Origin: Myxococcota bacterium
GTDB taxonomy: Bacteria; Myxococcota_A; UBA9042; PHBI01; JBMYRH01
Assembly (NCBI GenBank): GCA_049602155.1
Contig: JBMYRH010000002.1
Coordinates: 65,108-129,107, forward strand
Reading direction: 5' to 3'
DNA: 64,000 nt
Of this stretch, positions 9,563 through 18,900 are shown one piece after another; positions within the stretch are counted from its first letter, which is position 1; each line of letters begins with the position of its first letter. The notes under the pieces are model-generated. The model searched no databases, was not told the DNA's origin, and saw only the letters and a program-made list of their open reading frames with translations. The position numbers were made by a program, and so were the translations under genes.

Positions 9563-11575
9563 TTATTGCGCCAATTCTGGGGTGCCGATGACCGGGTAGG
9601 GGTCGATGACTTCGGGCGCGGCGGTGGGCGATAGCTCCGGGTTGAGCCATGTGCTCATGAAGTGTCGGAGCTGGTGGATGGACTCGGGGCTGTACGTCAT
9701 GTTGTCGTGTTCCGCGGCCACGACGCCCTCGTCCGAGGTGACTCGGTCGAACTGAAACAGGGCGCCCGTGGTGGCCTGCTGGCTCGCGATGAGGTTGCCG
9801 TGGACGGGTTGGCCCAGGGCTGCCATCGGGGCGAGGCCCATGTCCTCGACCACGGGGTGCATCACTTCGACGCCGAGCCCTTGGGCGAGCGCTCGGGTCC
9901 CCTCGTTGGGCACGATCGCGTCGCCGACTGCCATCGTGACCAGGACGTGGGGGGCGTCTCCTGGGTTGAGTCGGTCCTTGATGACGTGGGGCGCGTAGGC
10001 CATCGGATCCCCTGGATCGATGGCGCCTTGGATCGCAGAGATCAGCTGCCAAGCGCCGACCTCGCTCCCGGCCAAGCCGCTCATCACCTCCATCATGATC
10101 GCCATGTTGGAGGCGTAGGTGAAGATCGAGGTCATGCGCGCCGCGGCGGTGATGAGGACGCCGACGTCTAGGCGCTCACTCAGCGCCAAGATCTCCGAGC
10201 CCATGATGCCACCGAGGCTGATCCCTACGTAGCCCATCCGCGCCTCGTCGACGTCATCCTGACCATCGCCATCCAGGTCACCGTCAGCGACGAGCAGCTC
10301 CAAGAGCTGCAAGCGATCGGCCGTCGATTGGCGCAGGTTGTCGCGCAGGATGCGCCCGTCCACGCGCAGGTTCTCCGCGTCGATGCCGAGGAATGACATC
10401 ATCCCCGTAAAGCCCTCGAGCTCTGCGTTGGTGGGGTGATCGCCATGGCCGATGGCGTCCACAGCGACGACCACGACGCCGAGGTCACTGAGCGCCTTGG
10501 CGACCCCGTGGCCCATGTTTCGGTTGGAGTTGATGCCGTGCCCCATCAGCAGAGTCGGGAAGGGGCCTTCGCCTTCCGCCGGCATCCACACCGAGACCAG
10601 GAGCTCCCAGGGGCTCATCGGCTCTGAGGTCATGAAGCCCTCGGCGTCTCGATAGTCATGCGCTGTGAAGTAGCGTTCACATCGCTTGAGCCCCTCGTCT
10701 TCGTTCACCTCACAGTCGGGCGCGTCACTCCAGCTGCGTGGTTGGGTCGTGATATGGGCCGCGACCGCCTCCGATAGATCGGTGGTGCGCTGGGTCGTGA
10801 AGGTGAGCCCGGCCGCGACCTCCTCGGGGAAGAGGCCGGCCGCGTTGATGAAGGACTGGAGGCGCTCAGAGGCGCGCGCCAGTGCAGGCTCGGCGCGCCC
10901 CCCCGTTAAGATGTCCACAAACGCAGGGCTTGCAGCCACGCACGCCCCGTGCTCATCCAGCTGCTTTGACGTGACCAGGAGGGCGTACTCGGTCGCGGGC
11001 TGAAGCACACCGAGGGGCCAAATGACCGCCGCCTTGTCGTGCTCGATAAGCTGGATCTCGTAGGGGTGCCGGGTCACGGTGTCGCCGTCGTCTCGGAGGA
11101 GCATGATGGCCTCACTCTCCGTGGACTCCTGCCAGCTGGGCAGGTCGCCGAGCGCGCCGGAGAAGCGGATCACGATAGGGGCGGTGATCCCCCAACCCTC
11201 GAGGCCCTCAAGGCTCTCGTAGATCGCAGAGACGGCCTCCTCTTGCTCGCCCAGCCAGACGTCATGCGCGGGGTCGAGGAGCACGCGGCGCCCCGTCCCG
11301 CTCGCAGTGTCGGCGACGGTGTGGACGTCGTCTGGTAGCGCGGTGATTCCATCGAGCCCGAGGGGGTCGTATTGCCACTCTGTCGCTCCGTCACAGCGCG
11401 CTGGTGGGGGCGTGATCGTGTCTGGGGTCTCTGCCCCCACGCCGGGCTCCGTCGCGCTTCGGTCGACAGGGTTCTCGCCCTCAGGGAGGTCCGAGGGGCC
11501 CGGCGCCGCCGTGTCGCCGCATGCAGCGAGGAGCGAGAGCGCGAGTAGCCATGTTAATGTGCGTGGAGAGACCAT
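9563..11575 (-). CDS. Secreted alpha/beta-hydrolase-fold lipoprotein (putative esterase/lipase)
   Basis: It has a lipobox signal (LALSLLAACGD). The pentapeptide GISLGGIMGS matches GxSxG. MGHGINSNRNMGHG resembles an HG oxyanion region. Confidence 0.55.
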   Translation of the reverse strand: MVSPRTLTWLLALSLLAACGDTAAPGPSDLPEGENPVDRSATEPGVGAETPDTITPPPARCDGATEWQYDPLGLDGITALPDDVHTVADTASGTGRRVLLDPAHDVWLGEQEEAVSAIYESLEGLEGWGITAPIVIRFSGALGDLPSWQESTESEAIMLLRDDGDTVTRHPYEIQLIEHDKAAVIWPLGVLQPATEYALLVTSKQLDEHGACVAASPAFVDILTGGRAEPALARASERLQSFINAAGLFPEEVAAGLTFTTQRTTDLSEAVAAHITTQPRSWSDAPDCEVNEDEGLKRCERYFTAHDYRDAEGFMTSEPMSPWELLVSVWMPAEGEGPFPTLLMGHGINSNRNMGHGVAKALSDLGVVVVAVDAIGHGDHPTNAELEGFTGMMSFLGIDAENLRVDGRILRDNLRQSTADRLQLLELLVADGDLDGDGQDDVDEARMGYVGISLGGIMGSEILALSERLDVGVLITAAARMTSIFTYASNMAIMMEVMSGLAGSEVGAWQLISAIQGAIDPGDPMAYAPHVIKDRLNPGDAPHVLVTMAVGDAIVPNEGTRALAQGLGVEVMHPVVEDMGLAPMAALGQPVHGNLIASQQATTGALFQFDRVTSDEGVVAAEHDNMTYSPESIHQLRHFMSTWLNPELSPTAAPEVIDPYPVIGTPELAQ

Positions 11576-11579
11576 GATG

Positions 11580-14500
11580 TCACGCTACCTCAGCGCCTCG
11601 CGCCGGTAAACTCGCGCGACAGCGCCACCGAGTGGCGGCAAAGAGCAGGAGGGCCAGCCAAAGAGCCCGTGATCCTCGGTGGCCCGAGCGACTTGCGCAC
11701 CCGTCATCCTCAGATGTCGTCGGCCCTGAAGGGGGGGCAGGCTCGGGCGCGGAGTCGAGCCCAGTGACCTCAACCTCAAAGGCCTCCAAGACTCGGGCGT
11801 CGACGGTCACGGTGACACGGAGTGTGTCGCTGGTCCCGTTCGACCGGATATCCCCCGTCAGCGTACCTGCGTCGGTGAGGACGAGCTCTCGGGCCCACTC
11901 TCCGCCCGACAGGATCACTTGGGGCCAAGTCGTCGCTCCCATCAGCTCGCCGTGCGTATTCATCACGCCGATCCGAAGGCGCGCCGTGTCAAAGCTCCAG
12001 GACCCGATGGTGGTCGCCGATATCGTGGCCCAAGAGCGCTCTAAAGCGACCGGCTCTGCCTGCCAATCCACGCTCTGAAAGCCGCAGGTGGCGCTCTGGC
12101 TGCCACTGCTGTTACGCACGGTCACGAGCCCAGGGCCCACGACATCTTCACCTTGGACACGGAAAAACATGTCCATCAAGCCGGCGAAGGTGATGACATC
12201 CGTGGTCATGTCCCCACCCTGAACCTCGACCTCAAGGTCGGAGGAGGGGACGAGCATCGGGTGACCTCCAGGCCCGAACGCGGTCACGAGCACACCGGAG
12301 GCGTCATGCCCGCCGGTGCGAAGCGTGGAACGCTGAAGCCCGCAGGAGAGCCCCTCGATGGTGTCCCCTTGAGCGCGCCCCTCGTCCGAGGCTGCGACCG
12401 GCAACTCCAGCGCAGGGCCCCCTTCTCGATCGCGCAGCCACACGCTGTCGACACCGACGAGGTCGGTCCAGTCGACCTCTAGGCTGACGCGCCGCATTGC
12501 GCCGTCCGTCGTGAGCGCGGCGATGGGGACCTCGGTGCCATCGCTTCGAGACAAGGTCAGCTTTGAGATCAGCTCCGGCTCATACACGCCAGGAGGCGTG
12601 TGTAAGTGAAGCACCCACCGGGTCCCTTCATCCATGGGAGGGGCAGGGCGGGTAGGGTAGAGATCGTAGACAGCTCGCTCGGCATCGACCAAGTAACCTA
12701 CGGAGGGCTGTGATGTGCTCAGGGTGTCCTGACCGCGCCGTAAGCCAAGGTTCAAGGCCCACGCGTCGCTCGCAACCGAGAGCTCCGCGCTCAGCTTGCG
12801 CGCCCCCTGGTCGACGTCGCTCCATGGTATCAGCCCGTCATCGAGGTAGAGCGAGAGCTCTTCGCCATCGAAGTCTTCAGGCGGTCCCACATGCAGCAGC
12901 TGAACCGTGACCTCTTCGCCGGGGCGCGCGAGGGAGGGGGTGGTGATCCACAGCCACGCGGTCTCCTTGGCTGGGAGCGCCATCTCAAGGTGGTCGTCCA
13001 GCTTGATGCGCGTCGCCGGCTGCTCGGCTGTGTCGACGACGCAGGGGCTCTCGCAGCAGGTCCAGGGGCCCTCGGTCGTCGCGGCACAGGCTTGCTGTGC
13101 TCCGGTCCCCTCCGGGTCCAAGAGGAGCCCACCATCGGCTTGCCTGACCGCCCACATGGGCTCGGTCGCGCTCACATGGGTCAGGGCGCGGTCGACGGTG
13201 AGGGCGCTGATGGCCCCGGAGGGCCAATGCACGCTCACGTTGACCACGTCATCGCCGCAGTCTGGGAACGCGAAGAAGAGGGTGGGTGAGGGGGGGGCCC
13301 CCATCTTGCCCCCACTGGTGAGGTGCCTGGTGAGGGACTGAGCGCCGCACTGGCCGATGGCATAGGTCCCTGTGGGTGGAGACCCGCTCACGGTCCCGAT
13401 GAGGTGCAGCCCGAAGTGCGGCGCCTCAGCAGGCACGCTCGTCGTGTTTTGCCAAAGCAGGACGTCGTCGGTACGGCCGTCGCGCGCGAGGTCTGGGCGC
13501 CCGTCTTGATCAACATCGCCGATGACAAAGTTGCGTCCGCCGCCGGCGTCGACCTCACTGGGCACTGCGGCCCGCGAAAACTTACCGTCGGCCCCTTGGG
13601 TGTAGAGCAGATCACTCGCCCAGGAGTACGTCGCCGTTGAGTTGGCGAAGCTCTCGGTGATGCCGTGCCTCACGACGATGTCCAAGCGCCCGTCGAGGTT
13701 GAGGTCCGCGAAGCTCGGCGACCATTGGATGCGTGCCCCGAGAGAGGACCATGCATGGTGGATCCCTCGCGCGGTGGTCTCATCGACGAAGACGCCTCCC
13801 CCTTGCCCCATCATTAAGAGATCCATCCCGATGGAGGTGTTGTAGAGGTCGAGGACACCGTCCTGGTCGAGATCTCCGACGGCCGCCCCCATCCCGTCTG
13901 TCCCTGGGTCCCATCGGTGCTCAGAGGGGACGAAGTGTGGCTCGGTGTCACCGAGCGCCGTGCGGTTGAACAGCAGTCGACTGGGGCCTGCGATGGTCGA
14001 GGCATCGACGCTCTCGATCGCGTCCAGCCATCCATCGCCATCGACATCGGCGAGGGTGACTCCGTTGGTGACCGAGTTGCGCTTCGGCGCGACCTCGATG
14101 GCCTCAAAGCGCCCATCGCCACGATTCATGAGCACGACGTCGGGGTGGCCCCTCAGGTTCAGGCGCTCTGGATAGGCAGTCCCAATCGCGAGGTAGATGT
14201 CCGGTCGGCCGTCGCGGTTCAAGTCACCGACAGCGGCGTCATTGATGCCACGGGTCCTCAGCGGCGGCAGCGGGATCACGCTTCGTGTGACCTCTGAGGG
14301 GCCACTCAGGCGCCAAAGATCAGTCCTCCGACCGACAGCGAGCAGCTCGTTCACACCGTCACCGTCGGCGTCGAGGGTTGCGAACACGAGGTCTTTCGTG
14401 TCGACGCCCGCCTGTTGGTCTGGCGCGAAGAGCGTCTCTTGGGCGCTTGGGCTGAGGCTGACAGGCTGGACACCGAGGGTGCCATCCGGAGACACCTGGA

Positions 14501-14723
14501 CGCGCTCGATGCCTTCGATGGCTGCGAAGAGCAGGTCTGGGTGGCCGTCCATCGTGACATCCCACCACAGCGGGAGGCGCTGCGCATTCGGAGCGAGGGC
14601 GGAATGATCGGGGCCAGACTGTGGAGGCGTCCAGGGCGTAAATGTTGGCTCAGCAGCCACGCTCCCAGCGCCAATGATGAGCAGACTGCATAGGGTCGCC
14701 AGCGCTCCGGCGCGCCTCTTCAT
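11580..14723 (-). CDS. FG-GAP/VCBS repeat (ASPIC/UnbV-like) surface protein with a MYXO-CTERM-like sorting tail
   Basis: The signal peptide is MKRRAGALATLCSLLIIGAG. Repeated Ca-binding FG-GAP motifs occur (DVDGDGWLD, GDLDQDGVLD, GDVDQDGRPD). The C-terminus is DDGCASRSGH...LWLALLLFAATRWRCRA (Cys, then hydrophobic, then basic). The ATG overlaps the upstream stop as ATGA. Confidence 0.7.
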   Translation of the reverse strand: MKRRAGALATLCSLLIIGAGSVAAEPTFTPWTPPQSGPDHSALAPNAQRLPLWWDVTMDGHPDLLFAAIEGIERVQVSPDGTLGVQPVSLSPSAQETLFAPDQQAGVDTKDLVFATLDADGDGVNELLAVGRRTDLWRLSGPSEVTRSVIPLPPLRTRGINDAAVGDLNRDGRPDIYLAIGTAYPERLNLRGHPDVVLMNRGDGRFEAIEVAPKRNSVTNGVTLADVDGDGWLDAIESVDASTIAGPSRLLFNRTALGDTEPHFVPSEHRWDPGTDGMGAAVGDLDQDGVLDLYNTSIGMDLLMMGQGGGVFVDETTARGIHHAWSSLGARIQWSPSFADLNLDGRLDIVVRHGITESFANSTATYSWASDLLYTQGADGKFSRAAVPSEVDAGGGRNFVIGDVDQDGRPDLARDGRTDDVLLWQNTTSVPAEAPHFGLHLIGTVSGSPPTGTYAIGQCGAQSLTRHLTSGGKMGAPPSPTLFFAFPDCGDDVVNVSVHWPSGAISALTVDRALTHVSATEPMWAVRQADGGLLLDPEGTGAQQACAATTEGPWTCCESPCVVDTAEQPATRIKLDDHLEMALPAKETAWLWITTPSLARPGEEVTVQLLHVGPPEDFDGEELSLYLDDGLIPWSDVDQGARKLSAELSVASDAWALNLGLRRGQDTLSTSQPSVGYLVDAERAVYDLYPTRPAPPMDEGTRWVLHLHTPPGVYEPELISKLTLSRSDGTEVPIAALTTDGAMRRVSLEVDWTDLVGVDSVWLRDREGGPALELPVAASDEGRAQGDTIEGLSCGLQRSTLRTGGHDASGVLVTAFGPGGHPMLVPSSDLEVEVQGGDMTTDVITFAGLMDMFFRVQGEDVVGPGLVTVRNSSGSQSATCGFQSVDWQAEPVALERSWATISATTIGSWSFDTARLRIGVMNTHGELMGATTWPQVILSGGEWARELVLTDAGTLTGDIRSNGTSDTLRVTVTVDARVLEAFEVEVTGLDSAPEPAPPSGPTTSEDDGCASRSGHRGSRALWLALLLFAATRWRCRASLPARGAEVA

Positions 14724-15638
14724 CGCGTGTCTGCGTAGCGGGCCCTGTTCTCTCGCGCTCTCGCGCGTCGAAAGGACCACAGTACGAGGAGGGCGAACCA
14801 CCCTAAGGGGTTCGCTGGCTGGGGAGCGCTCTCGCAACCGCTCGCTGAATCTTGGTCTGCCTCTGATGTCTTGAGTGTCACTGGGAGCGTGAAGGCTTCA
14901 ATCAAGGCGCCGGAATGCTCGACGATGATGGAGACCTGCGTGGCATCGGCCTCGGCGCTGATGTCGCCGGACAAGGCCCCTGATTGTGTCGGGAGGAGGG
15001 GGGGCGCCCATCTGCCACCGATGAGCTGAACCTCAGGAGGAGCGCTCTCGCCGATGAGCTCGCCAAAGGCTGAGACGATGCCGACACGGAGCCTCACATG
15101 CTCGGTCGCCGGGTCATTGATGACCTCTTGCGAAATGGTGGCCCAGCTCAACGCTGGGTCCGCGATCTCGGTCGGCGGTGTGGTGACCTGAAAGTCGCAG
15201 CGCGTGAGTTCCTTGCCTGTTGCGTCGTGCACAATCACCTGACCGGGGCCCACATCGGGGCCCGCTCGCACCATGAACATGAGGTCTTGCATGCCTGGGG
15301 TGATCGCCGCAGGCATACGCAGTGTACCGCCCTCTACGGAGATCTGATAGGCCTGTCGGCAAGCTTATGGGATGCCGGGTCAGCCCCAGGGTCTCGCTGT
15401 AGTCGACGCGCTCGAAGCCCGCCTCATAGCCGTACACAAGGTCGGGGTGACCGTCTAGGGTCACATCCCACCAGACAGGTGTCATATTGCCCACGGTGGC
15501 CTCAGCGCCGTTGATGGCGGGCCTCTCCTGTTGCGCTGTAGGCCAGAAGTCGAAGCTTGGCTCCGTTGCGAGACTGCGCTGACTGAGCCCGAGAAGGAGG
15601 GTGGCTATGGTCATTGCGACTGTGGCGATACGCCGCAT
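14720..15638 (-). pseudogene. Decayed paralog of the FG-GAP/MYXO-CTERM gene family, with an internal deletion and frameshift
   Basis: ORF 15114..15638 encodes only a signal peptide plus the conserved N-terminus (NMTPVWWDVTLDGHPDLVYGY...HPISLP). It then runs out of frame. ORF 14720..15316, in another frame, encodes only the last 200 aa, homologous to the C-termini of the flanking paralogs including the SGCES...LLVLWSFRRARAR sorting tail. About 2.2 kb is missing relative to the 3.1 kb intact copies. Confidence 0.7.
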
Positions 15639-15989
15639 TAGGCGAGCAGTGCGTCATTTGTGGGCTTCGGCGCAAAGGAGTAACCAGTCTCAGCAGTCAC
15701 GACAGCGTGACAGATATGAAATCATGAATCGTTGTGCTGCTAGCTCGTTGTCACAATCGATGAGCTGCCGCGGTGATTGCCAAGCGGCACACGACGGGCA
15801 CTACCGCGACTCTCTGGGCCCCTACGCGCGGTGTAAACTTTGTCTCCAACATGTTGAATTATTTCTCACTCGTAATGGGCCGTGTTGATGTATCGCTTTG
15901 ATAATACTAGTGTTGTAGTGTTGGAACACAACTTGCTCTCTGAAGAGTCGCCGCACTCTTTGTGACGAAGGGGCGCGCCCGGAGGACCT

Positions 15990-18900
15990 ATGCTGCGCTT
16001 ACGAGACATGACGACGATTACGTTCCTGACCTTGGCGCTGGTGGCGTGTGGGAAGGATGCCCCCATCAACGAACCCGAGGTCGAGAGCCACGGAGGGCCA
16101 CCCGACCAGAGTTCGTCGGTCAACGTCTCGGTGGATGAGGCTGGGATTACCGCGCGCTTTGACGCCGGAGGGGCCACGGTGGTGGTCCCTGTCGAGATCA
16201 CCGAGTTCGAGGGGGCTTCAGCCAACTTGAGCGTCTCCCTGACAGACCTCGACGGCACGATCCTGCATGAGGGGAGCGGCGACTTCGAGGTGGCCGACGG
16301 TCGAAACGCCGTCTCTGTGCGCCTCGACGACGCGACGGCTCCAGAGTCGCAAGTGGCACAAGCCGGTGTCTTGATCCGCTATCACGTCACCAGCGACGGG
16401 CTCTCCGCGAGCGGGACCCGAAGCTTGTATCACGCCATGGGCAAGCTCGGCCTGCGCATGTGGTCACCGTCACGCGTAGACGCTGGGACGCGCACCGCCG
16501 TCAGGGTGTGGGTGCGTGACCTCCTCAGCGGCGAGCTCCTTGAAGGCGCCGAGGTCGAGGTTGCCGGCCAGACAGGCACGACTGACGCCCAAGGTCAGAT
16601 CGCGCTCGATGTGGACATCCCAGAGGATGCTGTGGAGCTGGTGCTCGAGGCGATCGCCACGCATGACGGGCTCGAGGCCCGTGTGTCCCGGTACATCTCT
16701 GTGGTGCCGGCGGGGGCACCGAAGCTCATGGTCTCTACCGATAAGCCGCTCTACCGCCCCGGGCAGACGATCCACATCCGCGCGATGGCGTTGGCCGCGA
16801 AGGATCTGACGCCGGTGAGCGCCGAGGCGATCACGCTCGAGGTGCTGGACGGCAAGCAGAACAAGATCTTCAAGTCGGACGTCGAGACAGACGACTACGG
16901 CATCGCATCGTTGACCGCACCCCTGGCCATTCAGGTCAACACGGGGATGTATACGGTCCGCGCAATCACCGCCGAGATCACCCATGAGATCACCGTGGAG
17001 GTCTCCGAGGAGAAGCTCCCCAAGTTTGCGCTCACCGCGAGCTTTGACGCCCCTTACTTCAGCCCGGGCGAGACGATCACCGGTGCCCTCAGCGCCCAAT
17101 ACTTCTTCGGTAAATCGGTCGTGGGTGCAGACGTCAGCATCGACATCACAGGGGCGGGCGCCGATCGGCCCTCGAATTTCAGCGGGACGACCGATGGCGA
17201 AGGGCTGATGCCCTTTACGTTGCCCGGAGGCATCGCTGCGCCAGGCGTCACCCTCGCCGTCACAGTGACCGACACGGCGGGCTTCATCGTCACCAAGATC
17301 TTCGAGGCCAAGGTCGCCACGCCTCAAATTTACGTGTCACTTCAGCCGGAGAGCTCTCGTATCCCAGAGGGGACCTCGTTCCGCGCCTTCGTTCAGTCTC
17401 GCAACCCGCTCGGGGCCCTCGTCGACGCGACGTGCACCCTTGGAGAGGCGGACGGCGTCCCCTTCGAGACCACCGGCGGCCTCGCGGTGGTCGAGACGAC
17501 CTCGCAGCATCTCTATGTGAGCTGCCAAACTCCTGACGGGATTCAGGGGAGCGCCTCGATGTGGGTCTCGATGGTCTCAGCAGATAGCGGGCTGCTCTTG
17601 CGCTCTGATAAGGCGCTCTACGCCAAGGGCGATGACATCACGCTCAGCGTCATGGGGCCGGAGGACTTGGATGTCGCTTACGTCGACTGCATCCACCGAG
17701 GCCGCATCGTCGCCTCGCACACCCTCGAGATGGTGGATGGCGAAGGCGAAGTCACGCTGACCGCTGGTGACGGTAAGTCGGGCACATTGCACTTCACGGC
17801 CTACTTCATCCGAGACGACGAGGAGGTCGTGACCACTGATCGCGTCGCCTACCTCAGGCAGCCGGCGGCGCGCGTGTCGGTGTCGACCGACGCGGAGTCC
17901 TATTTGCCCGGCGCCGAGGCGTCCCTGACCTTTAAGCTCGAGGACGAGCAAGGGGCCGCCAAGGCCGGCGCGATCGGCGTCACCATCGCTGATGAGGCGG
18001 TCTTCGCGCTCGCCGGTGGGACCGGCGCTCAAGATGTGCAGCGGTTCTTTCAGCTCTCCGACGCGCCTTCGCAGATCCACCCCTACGCGCTCGCTGAGGA
18101 CCCAGAGGCCATGCAGATCGCGGCTGAGGCGGCCCTCGCGACCGTGAACTTAGGGGCCGAGGCCGACCTGGTGGGCTACACGACAGCGTCCTTTCAAGGG
18201 GCGGTCGTCAGCCTCGTCCAGGAGGCCCTGTATGAGATGCGCAATGAGGTCAGGAATGACTTCCAGGAGGCCAGCAACAGCGGGACCCTGACGCTGAATA
18301 ACGGTAAAGAGGCCGTCGAGAGCTTGAACCTCTTCGACTTTTGGGGGCAACGCGTGGTCTTGGAGGCCGAGGTCTTCGAAAGCTCCTGGTCGCCTCGGAT
18401 GCGCATTCACATGCACTCCTTTGGGCCCGATGAGCTCGCCGACACCTGGGACGACTGGAGCTCCTCGATCAACGTGTCCTTTCCCCGGGAAGACTCTGAT
18501 GACTTCGGAGCAGAAGCTGGCATGGCACAGGACGCAGGGGCGTCGTCGTCAGGAGATTATGGCTACGAGTCCGAGCCCCAGGATCCCAGCGGAGGCCCGG
18601 ACTCTGCAGAGGAGGCCCCGAAGAAGCGCGATGACTTCCCTGAGACGCTCTACGTGAACCCAGCGCTCATCATCGACCAGACCGGTGAGACCACGGTCAC
18701 GCTGCCCTTGGCGGACGCGATCACCAGCTGGCGTGTCTCGATGATCGGCAACACGATGGACGGCCTCGTCGGTGGCGGCATGGGCGGCATCACCGTCTTC
18801 CAAGAGTTCTTTGTCGACGTCGACCTGCCCCGCAAGCTCACACAGAATGACCGCATGGCCCTGCCTGTCGGCGTCTTCAACTTTGGCGACACCGAGCAAT

